The notes below the pieces were generated by a model. The model searched no databases. It worked only from the letters and a program-made list of their open reading frames with translations, and was not told where the DNA came from. A DNA stretch of 64,000 nt from Christensenellaceae bacterium (lineage in GTDB: Bacteria > Bacillota > Clostridia > Christensenellales > Borkfalkiaceae), in assembly GCA_045536025.1 (NCBI GenBank), contig JAZSMT010000034.1, positions 2,085-66,084 on the forward strand. Reading direction: 5' to 3'. The position numbers and the translations under genes were made by a program. Below are positions 35,999-46,744 of this stretch, in pieces (the first letter of the stretch is position 1; each line of letters begins with the position of its first letter).

Positions 35999-38356
35999 TT
36001 ATACCGTCGGCCCCCAGAAAGCGTTATCGTCTTTATACTGTGCAATTAAATAAGAACCGTCGTAACTTTCTACGTCCCAAACGTCGGAAAGGGCGTAAAA
36101 TTTACCGTTATAGATAAAGCCGGTAAGCATATATCCGTTTTTAGCAATAGGCTTAGGAGAAATGGACGAAAGAGTTTTGCCCACCTCAATTTTAGCGCGC
36201 GTTGAACCTTCTCCACCGTTGAGGTCAATTTTTACCGTAACCGTTTCAACTTCGGGAACGTCTTCATACTGTGCAATTAACGGCTCGCCGTCGTAATCGA
36301 CGATATCCCAAATATCAGCAAGTGCATAAACTTTTTCTCTATACTTATATCCAACCAGCTTTTTGCCCGTAGGCGGTGTTGGCGCATTAATTAACCCACT
36401 TAATTGTTTACCGAGCGTAATCGTACCGTAAGAATTACCCGTACCCCCGTTAACGTCTATATTAACTGAAATTGATACTGGATTATACTTATCAATAACG
36501 GCAACAAAAGTAACGTCGCTTGCTGTAGTCCACTCTCCCGTGTAGGGAACTTCCGTTCCGTTAAGCATCCATTTAACGGTAAATAAATCGCCCTCAACCT
36601 TAACGGTATACAACTCGTAATTAGATTTAAATGACACCTCTTGCGTGTTAGATACTTGTTGGTCGCCACTATAAAGCGTACACTCGACTGGTATGGAGCT
36701 TAAATCATAAGTAATAGTGTAAGAAAGTGGAGAATACACCGAATAAAGTTTCAAAGTGCCAGCAACCGTCAACTTATACTCGCCGTTTATATAGTTTTGC
36801 TTATCCGATGACGAGAACGACCAACCTAAAAGCCTATATCCTTCTTTTGCAACCTTTTCATGCTCTTCTGTAGGCAAGGTTATTACTTGCCCATACTGAC
36901 ACGATTGAGTAAAAAGCTCCCACCCCCCACTCATAAATTTAATAATATAATTGTGTGGTTCACCTTTAACTGCTTTAATCTCAGTAGTTTCCATTGCCAT
37001 AATCATGTCTTCGGTTGAAATATCCCAAGCGACTTTAAATCCCGTAAGCCCTTTAGGAGTAGGAATATCATCCTCAGTCAATCTGCTATCAGTAGGTATT
37101 TCAATTTTTTCAACACTGCCGTCTATATGGATAAATATTAGGTATTGCTTTTCGGTATACTCGGCAACTAGCTCGCCCGAATAATCGAAATAATATACGG
37201 TATAACCGCTGTGTGTAGATACTATGGTATCGGTATCCTTAATTTTCCAACCGAGAAATGCTTTGCCGTCAATCGGTGTTGGAACGGGTAGATTATACTC
37301 TTGCCCATACGTCAATTCAGCCTGATTTTCATCCGTTAAAACTCCCTCGCCTGCGTTCAGCGTTACCGTATAAGACTTTGGTGAAAATTCAGCCTCAACG
37401 GTTACGGTAGAGCCCGACGACGGAAGATAATTCCACGTATCGCCCAACTTTTCACTATTAACCGTCCAACCCTCAAATTTATATCCTTCTTTACTTGCGG
37501 ATATCTCTTTAATAGAATTAGTTGACGAACCGAATTTTATTATACCGCCCTCGCTTTCTAAATAAGCGCCGTCCGCACTTAATACGTACGTTACGCTAAT
37601 AGGCTCCCAGACGACTTTAACCGTGGGATTTTCAACGTCTACGTTCCAAACGGAGCTATCAAGCCTTACGCCGTTAACGGAATAGCCAGAAAATACGTAG
37701 CCTTGCTTAGATGGAATAGGCAAATCCAAAAGCTGACCGTAAGTTTGAGTGCGCGTGCACGAGCTAAGCGTTTGACCATTTTCTATAATCTCGCCCCCGT
37801 CAAAATCCACGTTTACGTTGTACGTTTTAGCTAACCATTTAGCTTTTACCGTCATTTCGAAAAGGTTTTCGATACTAAAGGGGTTGAAATCTATAACACC
37901 ACCGTTATAAATCCAACCGCCAAAAGAATAACCAACTTTGTTAGGCGTAGGTAAAGTAGCCGACTCGCCGTATCTAACTCTTATAATTGAGTCTTGCCCG
38001 CTTTGTAAACTGCCACCGCTTAAATCAAGCGTTACCGTGCACGGAGTTCTTACCCACTTAGCTTTTAAAGTAACCGAATATTTAGAAACGTTAAAAGGCG
38101 ATAGCGAAACGTCACTACCGTTACACGTCCAACCAGCGAAATCGTAACCGTATTTGGTTGGCGTTTCTATTATTAAATTTTCGCCTATAACAGCCGTGTA
38201 GGACGTACCGCCCACTATCTCACCACCATCAAGGTCAAGAGTTACTGCAACTCGCGTAGGTTGAGGTTCGATAGGGGGCGTTTGGTCTTTGCACGCCGAT
38301 AAAAATATTACGGCGCACACGCACGCTATTACGCACAAAAACCTCTTCATCGCCAC
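35999..38356 (-). CDS. Large surface lipoprotein with multiple Listeria-Bacteroides (Flg_new type) repeats
   Basis: Lipobox FLSAC. About nine repeats with the G(Y)xFxGW signature (GYDFAGW, GYSFGGW, GYVFSGY, GYKFEGW, GYRLLGW ...). Confidence 0.7.
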   Translation of the reverse strand: MAMKRFLCVIACVCAVIFLSACKDQTPPIEPQPTRVAVTLDLDGGEIVGGTSYTAVIGENLIIETPTKYGYDFAGWTCNGSDVSLSPFNVSKYSVTLKAKWVRTPCTVTLDLSGGSLQSGQDSIIRVRYGESATLPTPNKVGYSFGGWIYNGGVIDFNPFSIENLFEMTVKAKWLAKTYNVNVDFDGGEIIENGQTLSSCTRTQTYGQLLDLPIPSKQGYVFSGYSVNGVRLDSSVWNVDVENPTVKVVWEPISVTYVLSADGAYLESEGGIIKFGSSTNSIKEISASKEGYKFEGWTVNSEKLGDTWNYLPSSGSTVTVEAEFSPKSYTVTLNAGEGVLTDENQAELTYGQEYNLPVPTPIDGKAFLGWKIKDTDTIVSTHSGYTVYYFDYSGELVAEYTEKQYLIFIHIDGSVEKIEIPTDSRLTEDDIPTPKGLTGFKVAWDISTEDMIMAMETTEIKAVKGEPHNYIIKFMSGGWELFTQSCQYGQVITLPTEEHEKVAKEGYRLLGWSFSSSDKQNYINGEYKLTVAGTLKLYSVYSPLSYTITYDLSSIPVECTLYSGDQQVSNTQEVSFKSNYELYTVKVEGDLFTVKWMLNGTEVPYTGEWTTASDVTFVAVIDKYNPVSISVNIDVNGGTGNSYGTITLGKQLSGLINAPTPPTGKKLVGYKYREKVYALADIWDIVDYDGEPLIAQYEDVPEVETVTVKIDLNGGEGSTRAKIEVGKTLSSISPKPIAKNGYMLTGFIYNGKFYALSDVWDVESYDGSYLIAQYKDDNAFWGPTV

Positions 38357-38429
38357 TCCTTTAAAAACTATTCTATCTTAGATTTTAACTTATAAGTTAA
38401 AAATTGTCAATAGTATGTATAAACGGCAT

Positions 38430-38462
38430 AAAAAAATACCGACGCAAGTCGCGTCGGTATTT
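38430..38462 (-). terminator. Intrinsic terminator after gap
   Basis: 10-bp stem ATACCGACGC/GCGTCGGTAT; U7 on the minus strand. Confidence 0.8.
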
Positions 38463-38474
38463 AAAAACTTTTTA

Positions 38475-39494
38475 TTAGATTTCAGCGAAATATTTGATAG
38501 TTCTAACCATTTGAGAGGTGTAAGAATTTTCATTGTCATACCAAGAAACAACTTGAACTTGGTAAGTATCGTCGTCAATCTTAGAAACCATAGTTTGAGT
38601 AGCATCAAAGAGCGAACCAAACTTCATACCGATAACGTCAGAAGATACGATTTCGTCGGTGTTGTAACCAAACGACTCGGTAGCTTGAGCCTTCATAGCA
38701 GCGTTGATACCCTCTTTAGTAACGTCTTTACCCTTAACTACTGCGATTAAGATAGTGGTCGAACCGGTAGCGGTGGGAACACGTTGAGCAGCACCGATAA
38801 GTTTGCCGTTAAGTTCGGGGATAACAAGACCGATAGCTTTAGCAGCACCAGTAGAGTTAGGAACGATGTTCATAGCGCCTGCTCTAGAACGACGAAGGTC
38901 ACCCTTTCTTTGAGGACCGTCAAGAATCATTTGGTCGCCAGTGTAAGCGTGAACGGTAGTCATAATACCCGATTGAATAGGAGCGTAATCGTTAAGCGCT
39001 TTAGCCATAGGAGCAAGGCAGTTAGTGGTGCAAGATGCAGCCGAAATAACCTTATCTTCAGCGGTTAAAGTTTCGTGGTTAACGTTGAATACGATAGTGG
39101 AAAGGTCGTTACCTGCAGGAGCAGAAATAACAACTTTTTTAGCACCTGCGTTTACGTGTGCCATAGCCTTTTCTTTAGAAGTATAGAAACCGGTACATTC
39201 TAAAACAACGTCAACACCGATTTCACCCCAGGGAAGTTCAGCAGCGTTTGCTTTAGCGTAGATGATAATTTCTTTACCGTCAACGATAATCGAATTGTCG
39301 GTAGCTTCTACAGTGTGGCCTTTTGCAAGATAGTTACCTTGCATGGTATCGTACTTAAGAAGATGAGCGAGCATCTTTGGGCTGGTAAGGTCGTTGATAG
39401 CAACTACTTCGTAACCGTCAGCATCAAACATTTGTCTGAAAGCTAAACGACCGATACGACCAAAACCGTTAATTGCAACTTTTACATTTGACAT
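38475..39494 (-). CDS. gap: Glyceraldehyde-3-phosphate dehydrogenase
   Basis: Start moved to [16 protein letters not shown]; contains SCTTNCLAP. Confidence 0.95.
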   Translation of the reverse strand: MSNVKVAINGFGRIGRLAFRQMFDADGYEVVAINDLTSPKMLAHLLKYDTMQGNYLAKGHTVEATDNSIIVDGKEIIIYAKANAAELPWGEIGVDVVLECTGFYTSKEKAMAHVNAGAKKVVISAPAGNDLSTIVFNVNHETLTAEDKVISAASCTTNCLAPMAKALNDYAPIQSGIMTTVHAYTGDQMILDGPQRKGDLRRSRAGAMNIVPNSTGAAKAIGLVIPELNGKLIGAAQRVPTATGSTTILIAVVKGKDVTKEGINAAMKAQATESFGYNTDEIVSSDVIGMKFGSLFDATQTMVSKIDDDTYQVQVVSWYDNENSYTSQMVRTIKYFAEI

Positions 39495-39579
39495 AATTTC
39501 GTCCTCCATAATTAACTTTACGTTAAATTTTTAACAATTTAATTTGAAACTTTGGTTTCACCAAAGCCTACCATACGAT

Positions 39580-39608
39580 ATTATATATGCTTTTTTACGT
39601 TTAGTCAA
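39580..39608 (-). promoter_or_regulatory. sigma-A type promoter of gap
   Basis: Minus-sense TTGACT, 17 nt, TATAAT. Confidence 0.65.
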
Positions 39609-39622
39609 ACAATTTAAGGGGT

Positions 39623-40738
39623 TTATTTTAAATTGCAAGGATTTAAACATTTAAGTTCGTCTAAAACGAAAAGCCCGTCTTTTCTTATAAGCTTGTCGTC
39701 GAAATAAATATCTCCCCCACCGTATTTTTCACTCATAATTAAAACCATATCCCAGTGAAGCGCTGATTGATTGCCGTTGTCGCACTCTTCGTAGCAAGAG
39801 CCGGGGGTAAAGTGGATAGAGCCTGCAATTTTTTCGTCGAATAAAATATCGCCTATCGCGTCGTTTATAAAGGGGTTAACGCCGAAGGAAAACTCGCCCA
39901 CGTATCTTGCGCCCTCGTCGATATCTAGTATCTCGTTAAGCTTTTCGGTGTAATTAGCCGTTGCCTTTACTATTTTACCTTTTTCAAAGGTAAGCGAAAC
40001 GTTTTCAAACTTAAGCCCGTCTTTGATTGAAGGCGCGTTAAAGGTAATAACGCCGTTGACGCTATCTTTTACCGGCGCGGTAAAAATCTCGCCGTCAGGG
40101 ATATTTCTTTTGCCCGAACATTTAATTCCAGGAAGACCTTTAATAGAGAAGGTAAGGTCGGTATCTTTTGCAACTAAACGCACTTTGTCCGTTTTTTCAA
40201 TAAGGTTTTCAAGCGCGTCCATCGCCCTGTCCATCTTAGAGTAATCAAGGGTGCAAACGTCAAAGAAAAAGTCCTCAAACGCCTCGGTTGACATGCCTGC
40301 AAGCTGTGCCATACCGGGGTCTGGGTATCTAAGTATTACCCACTTAGTTCCGTTAACTCTTAACTCGTGGTGTACTTTTTTAGAATAGATATTGTTGTAA
40401 ATTTTGCGCTTTTCACCGTCAACGTCCGAAAGTTCGTAGGCGTTGTTACCTCCGCGAATACCAATATACGCGTCCATTTCTTTCATCATATACCCGTCAA
40501 AGTCCGCCATATACGAGGAAAGTTTTTCGTCCATACCGTTTAAAATTAAACGGTTTACTTGATTATCTCTAAGCCAAACGAAAGGATATGCACCCACGCT
40601 TAAAACTTCTTTAACAAGCTCTTTGGTTAAAGCGTTATCTATATCAAACGTTTCAATCAAGCACTTTTCGCCCGCCTTTAACTCGCACGAATAATTAACT
40701 AAACCACTAGCAAGCTTTTTAACCCTACAATCTACCAT
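39623..40738 (-). CDS. M29-family aminopeptidase (AmpS/PepS-like)
   Basis: 371 aa. Overall resemblance to thermophilic metalloprotease M29, with a C-terminal HFTPGS...ALHWDMV region. Confidence 0.6.
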   Translation of the reverse strand: MVDCRVKKLASGLVNYSCELKAGEKCLIETFDIDNALTKELVKEVLSVGAYPFVWLRDNQVNRLILNGMDEKLSSYMADFDGYMMKEMDAYIGIRGGNNAYELSDVDGEKRKIYNNIYSKKVHHELRVNGTKWVILRYPDPGMAQLAGMSTEAFEDFFFDVCTLDYSKMDRAMDALENLIEKTDKVRLVAKDTDLTFSIKGLPGIKCSGKRNIPDGEIFTAPVKDSVNGVITFNAPSIKDGLKFENVSLTFEKGKIVKATANYTEKLNEILDIDEGARYVGEFSFGVNPFINDAIGDILFDEKIAGSIHFTPGSCYEECDNGNQSALHWDMVLIMSEKYGGGDIYFDDKLIRKDGLFVLDELKCLNPCNLK

Positions 40739-40864
40739 AATTTACCTTCTTAGTTTTATTTTTTATTAATTTTAGCACTATTTTCAAGTTTTGACAACTT
40801 TTTATATTTTGAAAACTTAAAATAATAAACAAACGCACATTATAAAATAAACTAGTAAACACTA

Positions 40865-42187
40865 TTGACATATCTGCCAAACATCTTTTATAATTACCTT
40901 GATATGAAAAAGCAAAAATTTGGTAAAATGCGTGTTAAAAAATATAAGCAAGGCAAAACGGTTAAAGGTTACGATTTTACGCGTAAACCTATAAAACCTT
41001 ATTTGCTTATGTGGCTTATCCATATACTAGTAAAAATACTTCTGATACCAAGAAAGATTAAGATACGTTTTCACGGCAAAAAGCCTAAGCGCCCTGCACT
41101 CGTTCTTGCCTCGCACGCGGCGTTTAACGATTTTTATATGCTATTTTCAGCGGTAAAGTCGTATAATATCAACTACGTAGTTGCGATTGACGCCTTTTAC
41201 GATATGTCGGCGTTTTTGATGTGGACGATAGGCGCAATCGGTAAAAGAAAGTTTATTCAAGACCTCAATTTAATGCGCAATTTAAAATACACCGTAAACG
41301 ACCTTAAAGATATAGCGGTTATTTATCCCGAAGCAAGATATTCTATCGACGGCACGACCAGTTATCTTCCCGATTCGCTTGGAAAGCTCGTTAAATTCTT
41401 AAACGTTCCCGTTTACGTTTACACCCTTAAAGGCTCTTACGTCAGCGACCCACAATGGAATAAGTACAAGCAAAACCGTATGCCTATGGAGGGCGATATG
41501 TACGAAATCGTTACGGCAGAGGAAATAAAAACCCTTTCGGTTGACGAAATAAATAGACGTATCCGCGAAAAATTTACCTACGACGACTGGGCTTGGCTTA
41601 AAGAGCAAGGAAATATCTTAACGTATAAAAAAAGAGCTGAAAATTTAAACGCACTACTCTATCAATGCCCTCATTGTAAAACGGAATTTAAAATGGTTGG
41701 CGAGGGCTCAACGCTTACCTGCACTCACTGCAACAAGGTGTGGGATATGCTTGAAAACGGTGAACTAAAAGCGCGCGAGGGCGAAACGTATTTTTCGCAT
41801 ATTCCCGACTGGTACGCTTGGCAGAAAGAAAACGTTAAAAAAGAGGTGCGCGAAGGCAAATATAATTTAGACGTAGAGTGCGAAGTGTTCACCTTGCCCA
41901 ATTCTTTAAGTTTTTATCATCACGGCAAAGGAAGGCTCGTTCAAACTAGCGATAAAACCGAGCTTATAGTTAACCTTTACGGAGAGGATAGAGTTATAAA
42001 CTATTCGGGGCTTAACCTTGAAAGCGTTCATATAGAATACAAATATAAAGGTTACGGTGATATGCTTGATTTCAGCATAAAAGGCGACAGCGTGTGGATG
42101 CACCCCTATCACAAAGACATTATTACTAAGATTTCAATAGCTACCGAAGAAATTCGCGATTTAGCAACCGATAAACTTAAATCATAA
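40865..42187 (+). CDS. PlsC-family acyltransferase with internal zinc ribbon (paralog of 14866-16137); start uncertain
   Basis: HX4D motif SHAAFND. CPHCKTE...CTHCNK. Shares IPDWY(K/A)WQ with the paralog. Confidence 0.6.
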   Translation: MTYLPNIFYNYLDMKKQKFGKMRVKKYKQGKTVKGYDFTRKPIKPYLLMWLIHILVKILLIPRKIKIRFHGKKPKRPALVLASHAAFNDFYMLFSAVKSYNINYVVAIDAFYDMSAFLMWTIGAIGKRKFIQDLNLMRNLKYTVNDLKDIAVIYPEARYSIDGTTSYLPDSLGKLVKFLNVPVYVYTLKGSYVSDPQWNKYKQNRMPMEGDMYEIVTAEEIKTLSVDEINRRIREKFTYDDWAWLKEQGNILTYKKRAENLNALLYQCPHCKTEFKMVGEGSTLTCTHCNKVWDMLENGELKAREGETYFSHIPDWYAWQKENVKKEVREGKYNLDVECEVFTLPNSLSFYHHGKGRLVQTSDKTELIVNLYGEDRVINYSGLNLESVHIEYKYKGYGDMLDFSIKGDSVWMHPYHKDIITKISIATEEIRDLATDKLKS

Positions 42188-42188
42188 A

Positions 42189-42224
42189 AAAAGCGTAGCA
42201 AATTTGCTACGCTTTAATTTTTTT
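42189..42224. terminator. Bidirectional terminator
   Basis: AAAAAGCGTAGCAAATTTGCTACGCTTT flanked by A and T runs. Confidence 0.75.
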
Positions 42225-42591
42225 ACGCCTTCCAAAGCCCGTGAAGATTGCAATAAGCATAAACGCCTACAACCTCGTCACCACTAACGAGAGCAAACTC
42301 CGCTTTAGGTAAAGAGTTGGGCTTTAAGTGTTTTACTTGGTATCCGCTTTTAGTTTCAACCACTACCCACTCGATAAAATGCTCGGGTAGCATAGGATGT
42401 TCAACCGAGCCAACCGTAACCTCAACCAAATTGCCGTTTACAGCGTATACTGGGATATGCTTTTCGCGAGAAGCCTCTACCGTGCCTGCAATAATTTCGC
42501 TCATAGCCTCACCGCAACAAACGGTGGGCACGGAGGTTTCGTTTATTTGGGTTATAATTTTACCGCATGTATTACATTTATAAAACTTCAT
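42223..42591 (-). CDS. dfx: Desulfoferrodoxin (2Fe superoxide reductase)
   Basis: MKFYKCNTCGK...VCCGE N-terminal domain; EKHIP..., HPM..EH..., CNLHGLW centre II ligands. Confidence 0.85.
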   Translation of the reverse strand: MKFYKCNTCGKIITQINETSVPTVCCGEAMSEIIAGTVEASREKHIPVYAVNGNLVEVTVGSVEHPMLPEHFIEWVVVETKSGYQVKHLKPNSLPKAEFALVSGDEVVGVYAYCNLHGLWKA

Positions 42592-42593
42592 AA

Positions 42594-42791
42594 TCAACCT
42601 GCCATTAAATCCGATATGATTTCAACTACTTTATCGTGGCAACCACCGCAACCAGTCGAGCAATGAGTTATTTTTTGCACGGCTTCAAACGCCTTTAACA
42701 CGTCCTCAAAACGGTTGAGGGTGTGAAGCGCTCTTTCAATATCGTTATAGCTGACTTGCTTGCAGTTACAAACCATATAATTTTCTTTCAT
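42594..42791 (-). CDS. BFD-like [2Fe-2S]-binding domain protein
   Basis: Start moved to MKENYMVCNC (AAGGAG upstream). CNC...C..C pattern with CSTGCGGC. Confidence 0.6.
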   Translation of the reverse strand: MKENYMVCNCKQVSYNDIERALHTLNRFEDVLKAFEAVQKITHCSTGCGGCHDKVVEIISDLMAG

Positions 42792-42930
42792 ATAAGTCGT
42801 TCTCCTTAGTTTAAGTAATAATATTTTATACCGAAATTTTACGATAGTCAATAGTGTTTTATGAATTTTAAAAGTAATTTGAACAATTTTTTTTCTTTAC
42901 AAATTTATAATATGATAGTATAATTAAAAA

Positions 42931-43479
42931 ATGAATATAATCTTAGCAAGCAATTCTCCAAGGCGGAAAGAACTTCTTGCGCGTGAGGGAATTGACTTCA
43001 CCGTTATCCCCTCAACCTATAAAGAACCTAAAAATTTTGGCTTAAGTCCTGAAAAATACGTTGAATTTTTAGCGTATAACAAGGCAAAATCGGTGTTTGA
43101 TAAAAACGGTGGCATTGTTTTAGGCGCGGATACGGTCGTGGTTTTAGAGGATAAAATTTTAGGAAAGCCAAAGGATAAAGCCGACGCAAAGTCAATGCTT
43201 GAAAGCCTTAGCTCAAAAACGCATAAGGTAATAACCGGTTATGCTATCGTGTCAAAAACAAAAACCGTTCAGAGGCACGAAGTAACCGAGGTTACCTTTA
43301 AAAATTTAACCGATAAGGTAGTTTGCGATTACGTAAACACAGGTAGTCCACTCGATAAAGCCGGCGCTTACGGTATTCAGGATGGGGACTTTTTAGTAGA
43401 AAAAATAGTTGGCGATTACGATAACGTCGTGGGGCTACCCGTTTATAAAATCAAAAAAATTTTAACGGAGTTTGTATGA
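42931..43479 (+). CDS. maf: Maf-family nucleoside triphosphate pyrophosphatase
   Basis: 182 aa containing ILASNSPRRKELL and AGAYGIQ. Confidence 0.88.
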   Translation: MNIILASNSPRRKELLAREGIDFTVIPSTYKEPKNFGLSPEKYVEFLAYNKAKSVFDKNGGIVLGADTVVVLEDKILGKPKDKADAKSMLESLSSKTHKVITGYAIVSKTKTVQRHEVTEVTFKNLTDKVVCDYVNTGSPLDKAGAYGIQDGDFLVEKIVGDYDNVVGLPVYKIKKILTEFV

Positions 43480-44474
43480 AACCTAAAATTGCAATCGATA
43501 TAGGAACTTCATATACTAAAATTTACAAATCAAAAGCAGACGTAGTGCTTTGCGAGCCAACTTGCATTGCCATCAAGAACAAAAACTATAAAGCGCCGTT
43601 TGCCTACGGTGAAGAGGCTAAAGAACTTATCGGCAAAACCCCTGAAAACGTAGAGGTAATATTTCCCATATCAAGTGCCGAAATAATGGACAATAAGGCG
43701 CTTGTTGCCCTACTTTCACACTTTGTTAAAAAGATAAAAAAGCCGTTTGAAATACTGCAAGACGTAATGTTATCGGTTGGTTGCGGTAGCAATCGCGACA
43801 CGATAAAAAAGTTTGAAAACGCTTTAATCGGCGCAAAACTTTATAACGTATGTTATGCTGAAGCGCCCCTTTTATCGCTTATCGGTGCGGGGGAAGAACT
43901 TTCTTACGAAACGCCGTCGGCGGTGATTGATTTCGGCGGTGGGCAAACTACAGTTTGCGTGCTAACAAAAGCAGGCGTTATCTCGGGCGTATCGGCAGAG
44001 TTTGGCGGAAACGACCTCAATAAAATGATTGTAAAGCATCTTGAGAAAGAGCTAAACCTACTTATTTCGCTAAGCTCGGCAGAAATGCTTAAAACCCAGC
44101 TTTCAAGTCTTGACGAGGACGATGAAACGAAAATCGTAATAAGCGGAAAAGACACCATGACGGGAAAGCAACGCGTAAGCCAAATCACGGCAAGCCAAAT
44201 TTACCTGCCCGTTAAAGAGTTTACCGATAAAATACTTAAAATCGTAAACGTGATACTATCCTCTTTACAAAGTGAAACGCTAAGTCAGCTTTGCAAAAAC
44301 GGCATAAAACTCACAGGTGGCGGTGCAGGCGTTTACGGCATTTGCGACTATATCTCGAACGCTCTTGACATTAAGGTGGAAAGAGGTAGCGAGTGGGAGA
44401 TTGCCTCCATTATTGGCGCAGGAAAATTAGTTGAAGATACTGAACTGCTTGAAAAATTAAAACTAAAGGTATAG
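43476..44474 (+). CDS. Divergent MreB/actin-like ATPase
   Basis: IAIDIGTSYTKIY, DFGGGQTTVCVL and LTGGGAGVYG phosphate/adenosine motifs; position after maf. Confidence 0.6.
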   Translation: MKPKIAIDIGTSYTKIYKSKADVVLCEPTCIAIKNKNYKAPFAYGEEAKELIGKTPENVEVIFPISSAEIMDNKALVALLSHFVKKIKKPFEILQDVMLSVGCGSNRDTIKKFENALIGAKLYNVCYAEAPLLSLIGAGEELSYETPSAVIDFGGGQTTVCVLTKAGVISGVSAEFGGNDLNKMIVKHLEKELNLLISLSSAEMLKTQLSSLDEDDETKIVISGKDTMTGKQRVSQITASQIYLPVKEFTDKILKIVNVILSSLQSETLSQLCKNGIKLTGGGAGVYGICDYISNALDIKVERGSEWEIASIIGAGKLVEDTELLEKLKLKV

Positions 44475-44486
44475 AAAGGAGAAATT

Positions 44487-45017
44487 ATGAATATTTGGAA
44501 AGACATTAGTGCTGAAAGAATTAACCCTCAAGATTTCGTTGCTTGTATTGAGATTGAAAAAGGCTCTAAAAACAAATACGAGCTTGATAAAGAAACGGGT
44601 TTAATTATCCTTGACAGAGTGTTGTTTACTAGCACCCACTACCCTATGAACTACGGCTTTATTCCAAGAACCTTATCTGGTGACGACGACCCGTTAGACG
44701 TATTCGTTTTATGCTCTCAACCGATAGAAAAAATGAGCCTCGTTCGTTGCTATCCCATCGGCGTAGTGTTCATGACGGACAATGAAGAAATTGACGAAAA
44801 GATTATAGCTATCCCGTTTGGCGACCCGCAATACAACGGCTACAAGGATATTTGGGAGCTTCCCGTACATATAATCGACGAGCTTAAGCACTTTTTATCG
44901 GTATATAAAACACTTGAAAATAAGCAAGTGCACGTCTTAGAGGTAGGCTCGCACGAAACGGCTGCAAAAACCATTAGAGAAAGCATTAAAAACTACAACA
45001 AAGCTTTTGAAAAATAA
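44487..45017 (+). CDS. ppa: Family I inorganic pyrophosphatase
   Basis: 176 aa containing YPMNYGFIPRT and DDDPLDV. Confidence 0.9.
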   Translation: MNIWKDISAERINPQDFVACIEIEKGSKNKYELDKETGLIILDRVLFTSTHYPMNYGFIPRTLSGDDDPLDVFVLCSQPIEKMSLVRCYPIGVVFMTDNEEIDEKIIAIPFGDPQYNGYKDIWELPVHIIDELKHFLSVYKTLENKQVHVLEVGSHETAAKTIRESIKNYNKAFEK

Positions 45018-45021
45018 TATA

Positions 45022-45054
45022 AAAAACTCCCAAAGGTAACCCATTGGGAGTTTT
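45022..45054. terminator. Bidirectional terminator
   Basis: AAAACTCCCAA-loop-TTGGGAGTTTT. Confidence 0.75.
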
Positions 45055-45058
45055 AATT

Positions 45059-46744
45059 TTATTTAATTTCTTCGCGCTTAACAAGCGTTAAGTCGTTACG
45101 TTTTATCTTTAAGTTAATCGTAACGCCTTTTTTGTTGAGATAAGATAGTGTGGGCGCGATTATAATTACCGCAACTAATATTATAACTATAAGCCACATA
45201 AGCCAATTAGGAATTGCTGAAACCTTAACCTCGTCCCACATATCGTTTAAAAGCTTCATCTCGCTATCTGAAAAGTTTTTCATAATAGCGCATCTAATTA
45301 CGGTGTCCTTTTGAGGATATTGCGTTTCGAGCTGACGACCTAAAGTGTCCGTCCAAATAAACATTTCGTCTTGCTCGTTACGGGTATTTAATAAATAAGA
45401 TACGTCATAGCGATAAAGCTGAACGCCATTTTCTTCATAATAGCCTATAACGTTGTCGTCCTCGTCGTATTCAGGGTAAATTATATCGTAAACGTTTTGG
45501 GCGTTTTCTTCAATTAAGCCCTCGTCAAGCGCATCTTGAAAATAATATTCATCGTAATACTTTCCGTCTATATAAACGCTGTCTTCACACGGCTCGTCCG
45601 TTTCAATTAACACCCACGTACCGTACCAGTCGATAGCGTTATCAAGCATAGTAGAGCCCGAAACTACGGGGGTATAGCCGATATAATTCATATTGACTAC
45701 CGCGTTATCAGGGTCGGCTAAAAAGTTAATAAATTCTTGAGCAAGCTCAACGTTCGCGCCTTTTGGCATAACCCAACCGTCAAACCAAATGTTACTGCCC
45801 TCTTCGGGAACGGTGTAGTAAAGTATAGTTCCGTCCTCTTCGGCAATGTCTAAAGTGTAAACGGCGTCGCCACTCCAAGCAAAGTTGATGGCGATTTTGC
45901 CAGACGCCATGTCCCGCTTACCACTATCGACCTCAAAGCCGTAAACGTTGCCTTTTAGCTCGATAAGCTCTTTCGTTACCTTTTGAACGGTAATTTCGTC
46001 GGTGCGGTTAAAAATTTCAACCAACTTTTCTTGATAATTTTCGTCCGTTAGCTCGCCTGATTTATATTGACTTGCTAAACCTTTAAGCTCGTCCGTATAA
46101 ACTTTGCCAAGCGCTAAAGCGTAGGTATCTCTAATACTGTCTTTTATCGTTCCAAGGTTTTTAGAGTACGTTTTCCAAGGAAAATCCCAATGGTTTTCGT
46201 CGCCCTCAACGTACTCTCCGCTACGCGATAACACCTCGGGGTTGTAAACAAAACCCATCGTGCCGTACATATAACCGCAGGCGTATTCCGTCCAACCGTA
46301 GCTGTCAAAAAGGTCTAAGATGTATTTTGAAGAATATTCGTAGTAATTTGATAAACTGCCCTTTTCGCCATCAGCAATAGTTCTATCAAGCTTTTCGAGC
46401 ATATTTTCGTTTATCATTTTTTGTATCATATAGTCAGACGGGCAAACGAGGTCGTATCCGTAATCGTAGCCGTTTTCCGTTTCAACCTTAGATAGCTGAA
46501 GCTCGTTGTACATATTCTCGTTAGTTCCAAACGTAGAGTAGTTAACGACCACCTTTTTGCCGTATTTTTGAGTTGCAAAAGCCTCAAAGTCTGAAATTAA
46601 GTCTGCATTTTCGTCTTTACAAATATAGTCTTCCCAATTATAAACGTTTAAAATTAAAACGTTTTCTTCTTGTTTACAGCCGACAAACGAAAAGCAAGAT
46701 ACTATCATTACAGCGGCGAGAAAAATATTAATTATCCTTTTCAT
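45059..46744 (-). CDS. potD: Spermidine/putrescine-type ABC substrate-binding lipoprotein, oversized with C-terminal TM anchor
   Basis: Lipobox FVGC; PotD-like core; 561 aa with large inserts; C-terminal helix WLMWLIVIILVAVIIIAPTL. Confidence 0.65.
   Translation of the reverse strand: MKRIINIFLAAVMIVSCFSFVGCKQEENVLILNVYNWEDYICKDENADLISDFEAFATQKYGKKVVVNYSTFGTNENMYNELQLSKVETENGYDYGYDLVCPSDYMIQKMINENMLEKLDRTIADGEKGSLSNYYEYSSKYILDLFDSYGWTEYACGYMYGTMGFVYNPEVLSRSGEYVEGDENHWDFPWKTYSKNLGTIKDSIRDTYALALGKVYTDELKGLASQYKSGELTDENYQEKLVEIFNRTDEITVQKVTKELIELKGNVYGFEVDSGKRDMASGKIAINFAWSGDAVYTLDIAEEDGTILYYTVPEEGSNIWFDGWVMPKGANVELAQEFINFLADPDNAVVNMNYIGYTPVVSGSTMLDNAIDWYGTWVLIETDEPCEDSVYIDGKYYDEYYFQDALDEGLIEENAQNVYDIIYPEYDEDDNVIGYYEENGVQLYRYDVSYLLNTRNEQDEMFIWTDTLGRQLETQYPQKDTVIRCAIMKNFSDSEMKLLNDMWDEVKVSAIPNWLMWLIVIILVAVIIIAPTLSYLNKKGVTINLKIKRNDLTLVKREEIK

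Noticed and set aside
38390-38750. ORFs 38390-38620 (-) and 38415-38750 (+) at the gap 3' end.
   Set aside because: They overlap the gap coding sequence and terminator, are out-of-frame shadows, and have no independent support.
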